64,000 nucleotides of DNA, from assembly GCA_051530055.1 (NCBI GenBank), contig CM121341.1:12936784-13000783 (forward strand). The letters are read 5' to 3'. Positions within the stretch are counted from its first letter, which is position 1. Each line of letters begins with the position of its first letter. Made by a program: the position numbers and the translations under genes. The stretch is from Neoechinorhynchus agilis (Eukaryota; Animalia; Acanthocephala). Under the pieces are notes generated by a model. It was not told the DNA's origin. It did not search any database and saw only the letters and a program-made list of their open reading frames with translations. Below are positions 45,350 to 58,295 of the stretch, in pieces.

Positions 45350-47853
45350 CAGCAACTTTCTTCATACTTTTCCCTTATCGAGGTCGCACAAAAACTTGCA
45401 TTACTAAGGCTTCACACACCCCTCCGCCCCGTTTCTCTCAAACGTTGGTTCTCAGCCACACAATCTTTCCATCGTTTTTTCGGCCTTCCGCGTCTCCTGG
45501 TCGCTTCGATTGCCATTTCCTCAACATTTCGAATACATCGATTCGGCTCTTCACCTTTCACCATATCGTTCCATTTGATCCTCCGTTTCACGATAGCTTC
45601 CTTCACGTCCTCCACTTTCGCTGTGCCCCGGACCGCATTATTTGGGATAATGTCTAGCCTGGCCGCCCCACACATCTACCTAATCATGTTCATTTCGGTT
45701 TCCCTGCATTCGCTTGATGTGATTTGCGTTGGTGTTCCATGTATCCGCCCCATATAACATTGCTGGTCTTATTGCCATCTTGAAGACTCTACCTTTCAAC
45801 AGCACAGGCACTTTGCTTTTACACATGATCCCAGTTAGGCTTTTCCACTTCATCCATTCGCTATTTATTCTCCATGAAATCTCAGCGGTGATATCGTTTT
45901 TTGCATCGACACTGGATCCGAGGTACCTGAATTTCTCGAATTTTTGCAGCTGTGTCTTTTGAAGGGAAATGCTTTCAGTTCCTACGTAGACTGATTTCTC
46001 CCTGGAAATTTTTAGACCTTGACCTTCCAGAACTTCCCTCCATTTCTCTAGGTCATTGTTGAGATCCTGGGAATTATAGCTGGAGAGGACGATGTCGTCG
46101 GCGAAAAGCATGTTCCATGGCGGACCTTTATTGATCGGTTTGCTGATTTCATCCATCGGGACTGCAAACAAATTTGGGCTCAAAGCTGAACCTTAATGCA
46201 AGCCCACGTTCACCGAGAAGCTATCCGTATTACCAACAAGCGTCCTTATATTCACTTTGCCCTGCCTGTACATGCCCAGAATCGCTGTGATATAAGTCTC
46301 GGTCAGAGTTTTCACAGTGTTATAGGCTTTTTCGAGGTAGATGAATACGCTGTGTATTTCCCCTCGCGTTTTTCATGCCATTTTTCATATAACTGGCGTA
46401 AATCAATTACAGCTTCGGTACTATCCTCTTTGCTCCTCTGATATTGACATTTCGCTTCGCAGGCGATCCTTTTGTATAGCTTCATCGTGTGGCTCAACAA
46501 TTTTATTCCTCGATAGCTTGAACAAACTTTGATATCTCGTCTCTGTTTGTATATCGGTACCAGTGTGATCTGCCTCCATTCGTCTGGCATCTTTTCAGTA
46601 ATAAGTATTCGTTGGAAGAGATTTGTTAATAGTAGAACGGCATCAACTCCAAGCATTTTCCAGACCTATATGGGTATTTCGCCTGGGCCCGTAGCTTTCC
46701 CGTTTTTCTTCTTGGAAAGTGCTGTTTTAACTTCGACCACTGATATTGCGCTCACTATTCCTTCGTTAGTTTCCTGCTCTTTCACTCTTTCTGCTCCATT
46801 CTTACTATCCTTGTTCTTAATTTGCATTACCCTCGTAATGTCCTTCGATCCCTGATCTCTGATCTTTGCCACTCTGAACACATATGACATTGTTTTGTCT
46901 CCCTATCGCCACAACTTTCTTTGCTATTTTTCTCGCCTTCTCATATATTTCCTTATTCCCCCTTGATTGATCTGCATCCATTTTCTTTTTCGCACTCTTT
47001 TTGTTCGCTATCGCCCTTTGCACCGCGTCGTTCCACCACCATGTTTTTTACTTCGGTCCTTTTCTACCTGTGGTTACTCCAAGGATTTCTCTGCCGATTT
47101 AATCCGCCACCTGTCGTATCCTCAATGTCGTGATTTAGAATGCTGATTACCTGCGTCTTGAATTCCTCGCGATATGGACTTTGATTAAGTCGCCACCATT
47201 TGATTTTACTAGGCATCCTTTATTTGGGCCGTTAGATGTTCTTGATCTAGAGGTCTATGCACACTAAACGGTGTTCCAAAGTGCACGTCTCTCCAGGTAT
47301 AGTTTTTACGTTTTTCACTTCTCTCCATTTTTCTTGTGGATAGAGGATATAATCGATTTGCGTTTTCCTCTCGCCGCTGCTGTAAGTCACAAGTTGTTGT
47401 TCTTCTTTCTTAAAGTAAGTGTTTGTGATCCGAAGTTTATTTCCAACGCAAAGTTCAAAATGCTTTCTCCCTCTGCATTTCGGGTTCCAAGGCCTCTTCC
47501 ACTGTGTGCTTGACATCAGCTCGAGTTTTCCGCGCCAATTGACCGTTGAGATCTCCACATATTATATATGTTTCCTCCTTGATTTCATGGACCACGCCAT
47601 TTAGATCTTCTCAAAACTGGTCTTTCTGCTGCTGCGTGAGTTTAGCTTGTGGGGCATAACAAGAAACGATCACCAACCACTGCCCTCCAAGATCTATCCG
47701 CATCCACATTTCCTTGTTTGTGTGTTTGTTAGACTGCTCATTTTTGGTTTTATTGGTGCAAGGTTTTTTTTACGGTCGGATGCCCTTCCTGGCACCAGCC
47801 CTCCCATTTTATCCGGGCTTAGGGCCGGCACCGAGTTTCCTCTGGGCTGCGTT
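45350..47853 (-). mobile_element. Degenerate RTE-clade LINE that retains its 5' end
   Basis: APE remnants (VSCYAPQ, GDLNG, KTQIDYIL, HRLVCIDL) and RT remnants (RGIKLLSHTMKL, PWNMLFADDIVL, AIRPAMLYGADTW). The insertion is absent from duplication copy 1. Confidence 0.9.
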
Positions 47854-47858
47854 ATTAT
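47794..47858 (-). ncRNA. Twister ribozyme motif at the RTE 5' end
   Basis: Minus strand reads TAAC GCAGCC CAGAG GAAA CTCGG TGCCGGCCCTAAGCCCGGATAAAATGGGAGGG, matching the twister core GCCGGUCCCAAGCCCGGAUAAA...GAGGG as recalled. Confidence 0.75.
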
Positions 47859-48114
47859 TTGTTGTTTGGTATTAAGAAGACGAGCAAATTTGATCTATTC
47901 TAGTTTATTTAGTGCAGACGTTGTGAGTTGTCGAACAAAATATTTTTCGTGCAAGCGTTCACTTTCTGCGATGACTTTTAACGTCTTTCTTGTGCATTTA
48001 TAGATTTCGTCGAATTCTATATTTTGTTTTGATGTTTGACTTCTAATCACGGTTCACACACACTTAATGATCACATTCGTGCTTATTATCAGTCTAAAAT
48101 GTTCACACTCTCAT

Positions 48115-51100
48115 TTATCTAAGTTTCATCGTGATATCTGGGCCATTTTGTGATTTGTTAGGTGATAAACTCGTGCTCGTTGACTGATAACTGAGGTGCA
48201 TTTCCAAAGGTGACCGGCAAGCATCCACCCATTCGCTTCTGTCAACTTTTATGTACCCGATTGAGTTATCGCAATAAAGTGAAAACGTCGGGATGAATCG
48301 ATTGGATTCACGTGTCGATAGTGAATCCCATTCTGTCATAAAGACATGTAAAATGTTTCTGATTTGATACTAGCAAAAACCTACGAGTACTTAGATGTTG
48401 CGATGAAACAAGAGCATTGATCCCATAGTGAGTGAATGGGCCAGCATCAAACTTGAGTTTCTCTGCTCCAACCTCCAGAACTGCCTTTCCTGATACGATG
48501 AAAAGGAAAAAGTCGGCAGAAGTGTTTCGCTCGTAAAACACGGTTCTTGTGCCTTGTGATGATACCCGGTAGCAACGTTCGATCAAGCGGTTTAAAGAAT
48601 CGGAAGACATACGCTTTTCACAAAATGGTTCCACTTAAAAGATTTCGTTCGAGGCGTAGGTTCATGAATACTATCTGCTCACATGTTGCCATTTTGCGAA
48701 ACGCAGCAAGTTTCATTCGAATTGAAAGTAAACTTTGACTTGTCTTGTGAATCTCACGGGCAGCAAATCTCTTCTTTTTCTCTTCGTCATTTTCTAAAAT
48801 CACATTTATAATGAAAACAAAATTATTCCTTTGATATTTGTAGAGCAGATATATTGGCTCAGATCAGTGTTTTAATGTAAAGATATCCGCAATACATAAA
48901 AATTTCATAATTCATTAATTAATCAAGCCTACATGTCGAATTTTTTTATCATTTTTCAGTTGTGTTCACGGAGAGATGACCTACGAAAAACTCGCGGGCA
49001 CACGAATGGAGAGCGATACATTGCCATACAAAATTAAAACGTACTGATGTTTCACTTACTATCGAACTCGTCAAGTATTTCAAATGTAAGCATCTCTTCG
49101 ATTATATCTTCCATGGTAATTATACCAATAACTTTATGATTTTCTGGAGGCCCGTCTTCCTCGACTACAAGCATGTGCGACTTTCCTCGTTTTCCTAAAG
49201 CAAGCACTTTGTGTTAATTTCAGGATTTCGTATCAAACCATTTTCCTTTAGATTGAATAGTAGTTCATTCATGTTTGTGCTGGCTTTACATCGGATAAAG
49301 GGAAGATCGAAAGATCCACACACTTCCCCGACCGTCCTTTGTCCATATACTTTATATAGCGCTAAATCTTTTATATGCAGGACTCCCAATATATTTGACC
49401 TGTACAAATACAATATCAATTTAAATGTTGTTAACCATTGAAGTAAATTATTTGGACCACAACATTTTATATGGAGACTGTGTTTAATTAAATTGAACAT
49501 TCGTTACTTGCCATTTTTACTCGCTGAAATCGCGTTGATTCCATTTAGTCTTATTGGAACCGAATGGGCTAAGGACCAACAAATCTCAGTTTATGATAGA
49601 TCTTACTTTAATCTCTGAGGGCATATTTGGATAAAGATGCTTAGAGGATTACGATGGTCCAGAAATACCCCATTATTTGGCCCTTTTATATTGTATTTTC
49701 TCGGGACTTCTTATGTTAACAACTGTCCTACCTTAAAATAAGAACCTTTAGGGTGTAGGGACATATGCAGGCAACAATACGACTTCAACCTTCCTCAACA
49801 TCTTAAGTTACTTCTTTGCATTCTGCAGAAAGAGCTCTCGCGAGCGCTCGAAAGGATCTAGATTTTGAATGAATATGTTTTCTCTAGAAAACTAAAGAAT
49901 GAACTTTGGCGATAGTTATATCGATGACAGATAAGCGCTTTTTTCTTGGAATAATTTGCATAGATGTAAAACTAACCTGTCTCCTTGATAAACGGGCACC
50001 CTAGAATACCCGCTTTCACATATTCGTAAATAAAGTCCTTCATCAAAAATCAAATCTGAGTCAACCATAAAGACATCTTCGATTACTTTCATGTAATCCC
50101 TTACACATTTAGATTCGAGACCCAATAGCCCACTGATCATTTCTCTTTCGTACTCTTTTACACCCGGTATCTGTTCCTTCAACAAAATCTGTACTTTTTC
50201 TCTAGGATACGAAGAAGGCGGTTCTTTACCGAGAATATAATCAAGAAGTTTGCCGACTGGCCAACTAAATGGACTTGTGACGAACATAAGAGTCCGTGTG
50301 ATCCACGACGTGACGGCACCAACAGCCAGACTGAACCTCGAAAAGACTGCTTGTGGTACAACTTCTCCGAACACCGTGATCAGAATGGTGCTTGCGATGG
50401 ATGCGCCAATTCCTTTTAGTCTGGACTCTAGTATGATTGTATTGACGGCATTAAATGCAGAATTACTGAGCACAATCGCTACTAGGAGCATATTCCCTTT
50501 GGAACGAAGATGATAGACGATCTTCGCATATCTTCTTTCCGTGGAGCTTCCTGCTTCCATTATGATCCTTAGATCACTTATATCCAATGATAGAAGACCG
50601 AGATTAAGACCGCTGCACATGCCCGCGCAAGCTTGAAGCACGATGACCACCAAAACGAACAGCCATATCGGAATTGTAAATGGTGCCTTTTTGAATTGAA
50701 TGTTAATCGACGTATACGCGGACTGTTCGGTTAGTGTTCCATTACTCGTTGGTTTATCATACAAACATAGGTACTGTAAACCAGCTGCAGTAAACAAAGG
50801 CTCTATACTAGAGATTATCTCGCCTCCTTTAACTCAACGATAATCCCTAGTCCGTATACTTGATACATTTCATTGGCCACTTTCTGAGGTGTGTATCTGG
50901 CATCCAATGGCGAACAGGAGTTTTTTGTGTCCGAAAAGCCAACTTGAAATTGATCGAGTTGACAGGATCTGGTTGGGTTCAAATACACCTCGCACAATAT
51001 ATGCTGGTGGTCCGGCGGTGATGTAACTAGCCATCCTTCTTCTTCTTTGAAACTTACGGACCCACCCGTTCTATCTTTCAACATAACATAGATTCCATCT

Positions 51101-51177
51101 AGTTTGCATGTAACAGTAGCTTGTGCAACTTGGAAAGTCAATTCGGTGCAATATATGAGGAAGATTAGGTTTATCAT
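48115..51177 (-). CDS. CNNM: CNNM/ACDP metal transporter paralog B (DUF21 + CBS pair + CNBH), about 6-7 exons, 1-bp frame break at about 50828
   Basis: Signal peptide; CSGLNLGLLSLD; FGEVVPQA; SGYSRVPVY; GIITMEDIIEE; FDAGPFTHYG. Confidence 0.9.
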
Positions 51178-52052
51178 GTCTGAAATTATGGAGGCCCACA
51201 ACGAGTTGGATTGGGTCCTTTAGGTGTATTTGGGAGCAAATAAATGGGAATCTCGAAAATAAAGAGTAGGTGTAATTTTTAGTGAGAATTAGTTTAGGAC
51301 TAATTTTTAATTTCGAAGATGATCTCTTAATTTAATCTTACATACATTATATAAATCGACGCTTTATTAAACAAATGTTACTTTTTAAAAAATTGCAACT
51401 TTATCTGTATGACCCGCTAGGCGTATTTCATACAAATATTACCCGAAAAACATAATCCTGGTCAATTAACAATATTAAATGTACAATAAAGTATCGGCTA
51501 GTAAAGACAACTGCATAAATTTCGCGCTTTTTAATTCTATTTATGCCTTTTTCTAATGATCTTTTTCCTGTTTGATAGCATAGTTTGAAACACGAAAATT
51601 GCAAATAGTAATGGTTTTGGCTAATATTTCGTCTTTAAATCGACTAGTAAAAGTTTTTCAAATCAACATTCTGCAATTGAACGTTGAGTGTGTTCGTTTT
51701 TTGATCACCACCGTCCGCAAAATTGGACGAAGGTTTAGGATGTAATGAATATCAGAATGACTGCGATTCTCATTTTGTTAATAATTATATCTTCAAAATC
51801 ACGATTAATAAACGTATTTTTTTAATTAGTAAGTCAATAATCGTGTTCACACGTATTCAAAAAATTAGTTGTAAAGAAAATTAAAAGTAAAAAATTGAAA
51901 CCTCATACTATAATTCACATCCTAACGGATTCTCAAACTATTTTCAATTTGTATATGCATGTAAAAGTAACCTACACACCATCTTTGAATCCAACATGGA
52001 ATTTTTAGGAAACAGAAAATCGAGTCTTTAGACAAATGTAAATTTTGTACAT

Positions 52053-54752
52053 TCATTCGCTGGAACGTCTGGCAGGTAGGCCAACGGGAACCGATTCTTC
52101 GTTTAAAGAGGCATTGCTTGTAAGAGATCTCGATTTTTGAGTAGTCAAGTTTGTATATTTGCTTGGCGTAACTCTGCAAGCTTTTATCCATTGAAATTTA
52201 TCAATTTTGATGTAGCCTGTTTTTTCAGTTGTATATAATGAAAACTCAGGAAAGTAGAGAATCTGTTGCCGGTTCGATAGAAGTGACAAACTTTGGCTGT
52301 CTTCATCGAGGTTAGGAGGAATCAGAGCATGAAGGCCAAAGTAAGTGAAGGGACCAGCCTCAGTGTGAATTCCTTCCTCCGGTAGCTCCACGATCGCTCT
52401 TCCTGAAATTATCAGTATAAAGTAATCCGCAGGTTTCTTGTATTTATAAAGCGTTGTGTTATAACCATGAACTGTAACAAAGTAACACTCTTCGATGAGT
52501 TCAGAAAGTATATGCTCGGCCATTTCGTCTTCACCAAACGGTTCCACTATATGCCAGCGAATAAGAATAGCAGAAAATGGTGATTACTCAAACGAATACT
52601 TACACGTTCGCATTAGTCGGAACGCTGCTGCCTTTAGTTGAATGGACAATGATTCCCTGACACGAACCAAGGTCCTTCTGCTGGTCAATCTTTTGTTCTT
52701 TTCTTCGTCGCTTTCTGTTCAGTGGCAAAGTTAAGTATCTTTGGAATTCAGACTGAAAGTTAAAATACTCACTGTCGAATTCGTCTAATATATCGAACGC
52801 AAGCAGTTCTTCAATTATATCTTCTATAGCGATGCATCTGTAAGCTAAGACAGTATAGAGATGCTTCGCACTACGGTGATCACACCAATCGCAAAGTTCG
52901 TATGTGGGTTATTCTCGTCGTGAACTATAACCATGTGAGACTTGGCTAAATGAATTTATTTTTACTAGGTTGAAGACTGTTAAAATGAGGTTTGAAGGGA
53001 ATTTAAACGCGTTTATCTTCAAGTTTCAAGAATTTGGTGCACGATCCCCAGGAGCTGTCGACTATGCCAGTTGGTATATCCAAAATAAACAATAACAGTG
53101 CCTTCCAGTCGTCGAATGGAGAACTGCGAGATTTCATAAAGATTTTGCCAACAGGGGAGTACTTGTTGGCTCATTTTGATAATATATTCCAATGGCGTAC
53201 TATATTATACAATTTCTAAAAGTCGAAATGAGGCTCTTCGACCCACCCAAATACATGAATATCAACAAAATATTGGTCGTTGTTGTCACAATATTAGCAT
53301 ATGTCTCAAAACGATACAAACGAAATCGAAAAGGGAGTTTGAAAGCGAGGGAATGGGCTTTATTTTTCGTATCTACTAAGCAAATACCTTCTTTGATGCT
53401 GAGTAGAAGATTGTTCATGTTGGTATCTCCTCTACATCGGGCAAATGGCAACTTAAATTCGTCACAAACAGAACCAACTGTACTGTGACCGTATGTTCCA
53501 AGTAGAGATAGATCTTTGATATGAAGTACACCGACAATATTAGGTCTAAATTTAAGCTGAAGAAATTTTAAAAATATCTAAGAAAATCTAACCTTTCGCC
53601 CTTATACACAGGAATTCGTGAGTATCCACTCTCGCATATTTGAATATAGAGATTTTCGTCCAGGATGGCATCGTAGTCCACCATAAACACATCGTTTAGA
53701 CGCCTCATATGATTTTTTGCATTCTTAGATTCTAATCCAAGCAATCCACTAATCATAGCCGTTTCGTAATCCTTTACTCCCGGCACTTGTTCTCTTAAAA
53801 GTACCTGTACTTTTTCTCTTGGATACGCCGCCGGTGGTTGTTTACCCAATACGAAGTCCAACAACTTTCCCATGGGCCAACTGACGATTGAAGTGATGAT
53901 CATCATTATTGCGGTGAATGGAGCTGTTACAGCGCCCAATCGAATAGCAAATCGCGATCCAATAGCTTGAGGAACTATTTCTCCGAATATTGTGATCATA
54001 ATCGTAGCAATAATCGACGCTGCTAAGCCTTCTACAAGAGATTCGAGTAGTACAGTGTTTACTGCATTGAATGCTGTATTGCATATGAGGATGGAAATTA
54101 AAAGAAAATTTCCATGTGATCTCAGACGGTACACTGATTTTGCGTGCTTTCTCTGTTTTGCGTTTCCAGCTTCCATAATTATTCGAAGATCACCGGGATC
54201 AAGTGCCATTAGACCAATGTTTAGCGCGCTACAAAGACCAGAAAGGAACTGGAGAATGACGATTAGAATAGATGTTAGCCATACAGATAGTTGGAACGAT
54301 GCAGGTTGAAATTTTATTGACAATTGGGTGAATGGAGTTGCGTTAATCCATACACTTACGCCGGGTGATTTAAATAAGCAGATATTATACAATCCACCAT
54401 TTCTAAGTGAAACATCCGCTTTCCGGTAATTTCCTATTTGGTTCAGTGAATATTGGTCAGTTACATTAGTACATTCGACTGATGTATTTGTGAATCCGAG
54501 ATAAAGGTCAGAATCATGTGTAGTGCTCAAGAATATTTTAATATGGATTATTTTGGCACCTGGCGATGATAATATTTGCCAACCTCCCTGTGAATGGAAT
54601 TCAATCAATTCTGTTGTCTGATTTGTGTCCGTAACGAATATTCCATCAATGTCGAAATACTCAGAAAGCCCGTCGATACCTTTGATCACCCACATTGTCG
54701 AAAATATTAAGAATACTCTGCGGAATACGTTTTGTGCTTCATTTTGTGCCAT
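52053..54752 (-). CDS. CNNM: CNNM/ACDP metal transporter paralog A, about 6 exons, 47-nt insertion in CBS2
   Basis: CSALNIGLMALD; FGEIVPQA; SGYSRIPVY; GVIT[insertion]EDIIEE; TEAGPFTYFG. Confidence 0.9.
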
Positions 54753-57513
54753 GCAAGGTCTAAAATCCAGGGATGGGAAATCCAAAGTTTTGCCCTGATC
54801 ATGGAGCAATCATTTCTGGTTCAGGATAAATAAAAAGCCATCACGCTTTTTCGGCTCTAAATATACACGGTAGAAGATGATTTTGTGAGTGTGGGTTAGC
54901 ATTTCAAGGGTTAAGTGTACGCGAGCAGAACGTAAAACGGAAAAATATATGAGTCATTACAAGACAAACGAGTCTTTAGGCTTAGAATATGTTGTCACAA
55001 TATAATCAAAATCGTTTGAAGATTGAATTATTCGTGTTTTTATATGGCAGACAATTTTAGGTAATTTTATTAGCTCCGATATATCAGTAGGTATTGAGGA
55101 ATAATAAAATTATGTAGTTAACGAAATTTCATTGCTAAAAAGTTACATCGCTTTCTTTACTATTTCTCAATACTTTAACAGCCCCCGAAATATGGGACCT
55201 AATAAATTACTTCAATTTTTCCACCACATAAAAATATAGCTAAAATGAACAACTATACATGCATCGGCAATTTATGGGCCATCCATAATAACACGAAATG
55301 CCAGACATGTAGAATATCTTTAGCAAGGTTTGAGCAATTTTGGCTGGAGTAACCGGGTATCCGTTAAAAACAATGTAAAACATACAAAACGAAAATAACA
55401 GCTAGTTAATCATTAAGTGGGATGTTATGAAAGCTATTAGAAAAATCAAATGCATGACAAGACATTCTGCGATTCGAACTTGTAAAGAATTGTATTTGTT
55501 CGCGATGGTCGGAAACGGATTCCGGATACTTTGATCTTAGTTCGTTGAAATCCCTAAAATGCACGTGAAGCTGAATTAAACGAGAATTCTGACGAGCAAT
55601 CATCGATTTCGTTCAATTTGGACAGTTTGGGTTACGCTGCGCCTAAAAAATGGTACTTCGCAGTTCCTTTTGGGTGAAACGATGTTCAATCTTGATCGTT
55701 AAATGTAAAAATAAAGAAGCTTTAGGTAGAACACTTGACTTTGAGTACGGAAAGGATGCAATATCAGATTACGGTATTAATTTATCACTTTTGTTTCGTC
55801 ACCAAATACTCCTTTCCGGCGCGACGCCGAAAGATCGTTATTGCTATTGCAAATCTTTTTGTTTTGCTAGATACAAAGATGGTTCGGGGAAATGCACTGG
55901 AGCTTGTGTTCTGAATGGATTTATGGTTCATCGATTGAATTGTTTTCGTTATAGAATGCTGAACCAGCAAACATATTCCAAACTGTTATATTTGTAGACC
56001 GATTCGGGGGAGAAATTTTAAAACTAATAGTTTGTATCCGTCGAAAAATTGTCTTTAATAAGCTTTTTATGTATGAATTAATGTTTGCCGCACTCCGCGT
56101 TGTTTTTCTCTGAGTCATATCAGTTTGTCCTAAATGTACTTACTGGGAGACGATTGGCTCAGAAGTTACCCTTAACCTTTAGATTTTGAACGACATTCAT
56201 TTGTACTCGATGTTCACAATTCTGACAAATCTTTAATGAAATTCTAGCTTACGTAAAGACATTGCTTCTGGCAGTTTTAAGAATTGTGCTACAGATGAAA
56301 AGCGCAAAAATGTTGCATATAAATCCTGCTATGGTATGAAAGTGAAAGACGCCAGGGAATTCTCTTCGTATTGTTTATGAGTTTTGCATGGATAGAAAAA
56401 GGAACGAGCGAAAGATTGGACTTGTATGCTAAACGCAAATGCCATGCTTAGATTTGAAATGATACACACTACCATTTTTTTAATTTGCGTATTTTTGAAA
56501 CGTCCATGGAAGATTCTCAATGCGATCTAGATGCATCGCATAAATGATTATCATATTTTTCGTATGAATAACTTGTAAAAACAATGGGGGTTGTTATTCA
56601 AATGCCAAGATTGCATATATTTATGCCGAATTTATTTCTACCGACGGTTATTTGGCCTGCATTTGGCCGACATTAAGTATCGAGGGATTTTGCAAACCAT
56701 TTTTCTGAAATCCATGTAGCACTTTTGTGGTCGATGATTTTCTTCAAGTGGTAGCACAACAACGCATAAATTTTTAAAATAAATTAAAAAAGATATTTCT
56801 AAAGTTGTACCAAGTTCGTCGAGATATTGCGCTTGTTTTTCTACACCAAAAATTCTATGAATCGCTCGTATGTTATTGAAACAGCCTACTAAAAGATTGT
56901 AAAGATTTTAAAAAAGCCTTTTAGTAAATAAAAACTCTATACGATATTGGGATAACATAAAAAAGAAACTTGAATCACGGCGTATAATGTAATGGATCAC
57001 AACAAATTTACATTCAATTAAAAAATGACATTTTATAGTTCAAAAAAATTATTTCGTTATTTAAGTAGAGAAATACGCAGAAATTTAAACAGCTTTTGGA
57101 ATTTGTGACGTCTTTGCCTCTTATTATACGTGAAGAATACTTACAATTTTTAGTTAACGCAATTTTTGATTTAAAAACAATATATACATACTTGTGTCCA
57201 CGTTGCTTTATACTTGCTTTACTCATTAAATCTATATTTTATATTGAGTAATCATGTTTATTAGTTATATACTCCAAAACTTTGCCAAAAAGTCTGCAAC
57301 GTGGAAGTGTATTCTCAGTCGTAATTGCTTTAGGAGATCATTGTACTTCCATTGGCACTTGATTTACTGTGAAATATCCTTTAATTCATTTATGCATATT
57401 AAGTTTGAAAGACTCGTGTCGACGTACAATTGAAGTTTTGAGTTTCTGAGACGATGTGATATCCTTATGAATAAATTCAACCATAAACGTAAACTTGTTT
57501 CCTATGTAGATTG

Positions 57514-57924
57514 ATGAACGACAATAATATCTGTCGCAATTTTTTATCACAAGCAGCGACCTTCTTTGAATCTATTGGTGATCGTGAAAGTGCAAGTGAA
57601 TTGTACCTAAGAAAAGTGCGTGCGGAACCATTGGAATCGCTAGACTCGAGGATTTTCTACTGCGAATTCTGCGGAAATCCTCGCCGATGTTTCAACTACC
57701 GGATAAAGTCTAAACTTCGCAAAACCATCGTTCATATGAGCGAATGCTCATTTTGTGGAAAGACTAGTCATTTATCGGTGCGAAAAAAGATTCGACGTGA
57801 AGTGCAAAAAGTGAAATCAATAGTCGTACCAGTCTGTCCCAGAAGGAGTTCTTTGCTGTTACTAAACAAGAGAACGCCCAAGAAACGGATTTCTAATCTA
57901 TCATCATTTTTTCAGAGCCTTTAA
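57514..57924 (+). CDS. Rpr2/Rpp21/Snm1-family zinc-binding protein, possibly C18orf21/RMP24-like
   Basis: NFLSQAA, CEFCG...NYRIK...CSFCG, basic tail ending LSSFFQSL. Confidence 0.65.
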   Translation: MNDNNICRNFLSQAATFFESIGDRESASELYLRKVRAEPLESLDSRIFYCEFCGNPRRCFNYRIKSKLRKTIVHMSECSFCGKTSHLSVRKKIRREVQKVKSIVVPVCPRRSSLLLLNKRTPKKRISNLSSFFQSL

Positions 57925-58295
57925 AAGTACCGATGATCTTACTTTTTTGATCGTGTGGATATTGACGAGGTGAGGATAAGGTATTCCCAAAGACTACATC
58001 CTACTCTGCCACTTTATTTTTATCAAGCCAGTTAGTTGCCTTAGGTAATGTTTTTACTGCGCTGGAATGCCTATATGATCCAATGGCTTAAACGTAAAGA
58101 TCTATGAAATATCTATAACACTTTCGAACCTGTTTAGAATACAGCTCTTTCTTTTATATTATTAGTGTGTTTTGCATTTAACTTTGAAAATCGCTACTTT
58201 TGAATTAAGGAGTCAAGTCATTATAAATAATAAATATTTTATACGATAAATGCCATGGTGCCTTCTTTCAACCAAAGCAGCTATTATTTAACATC

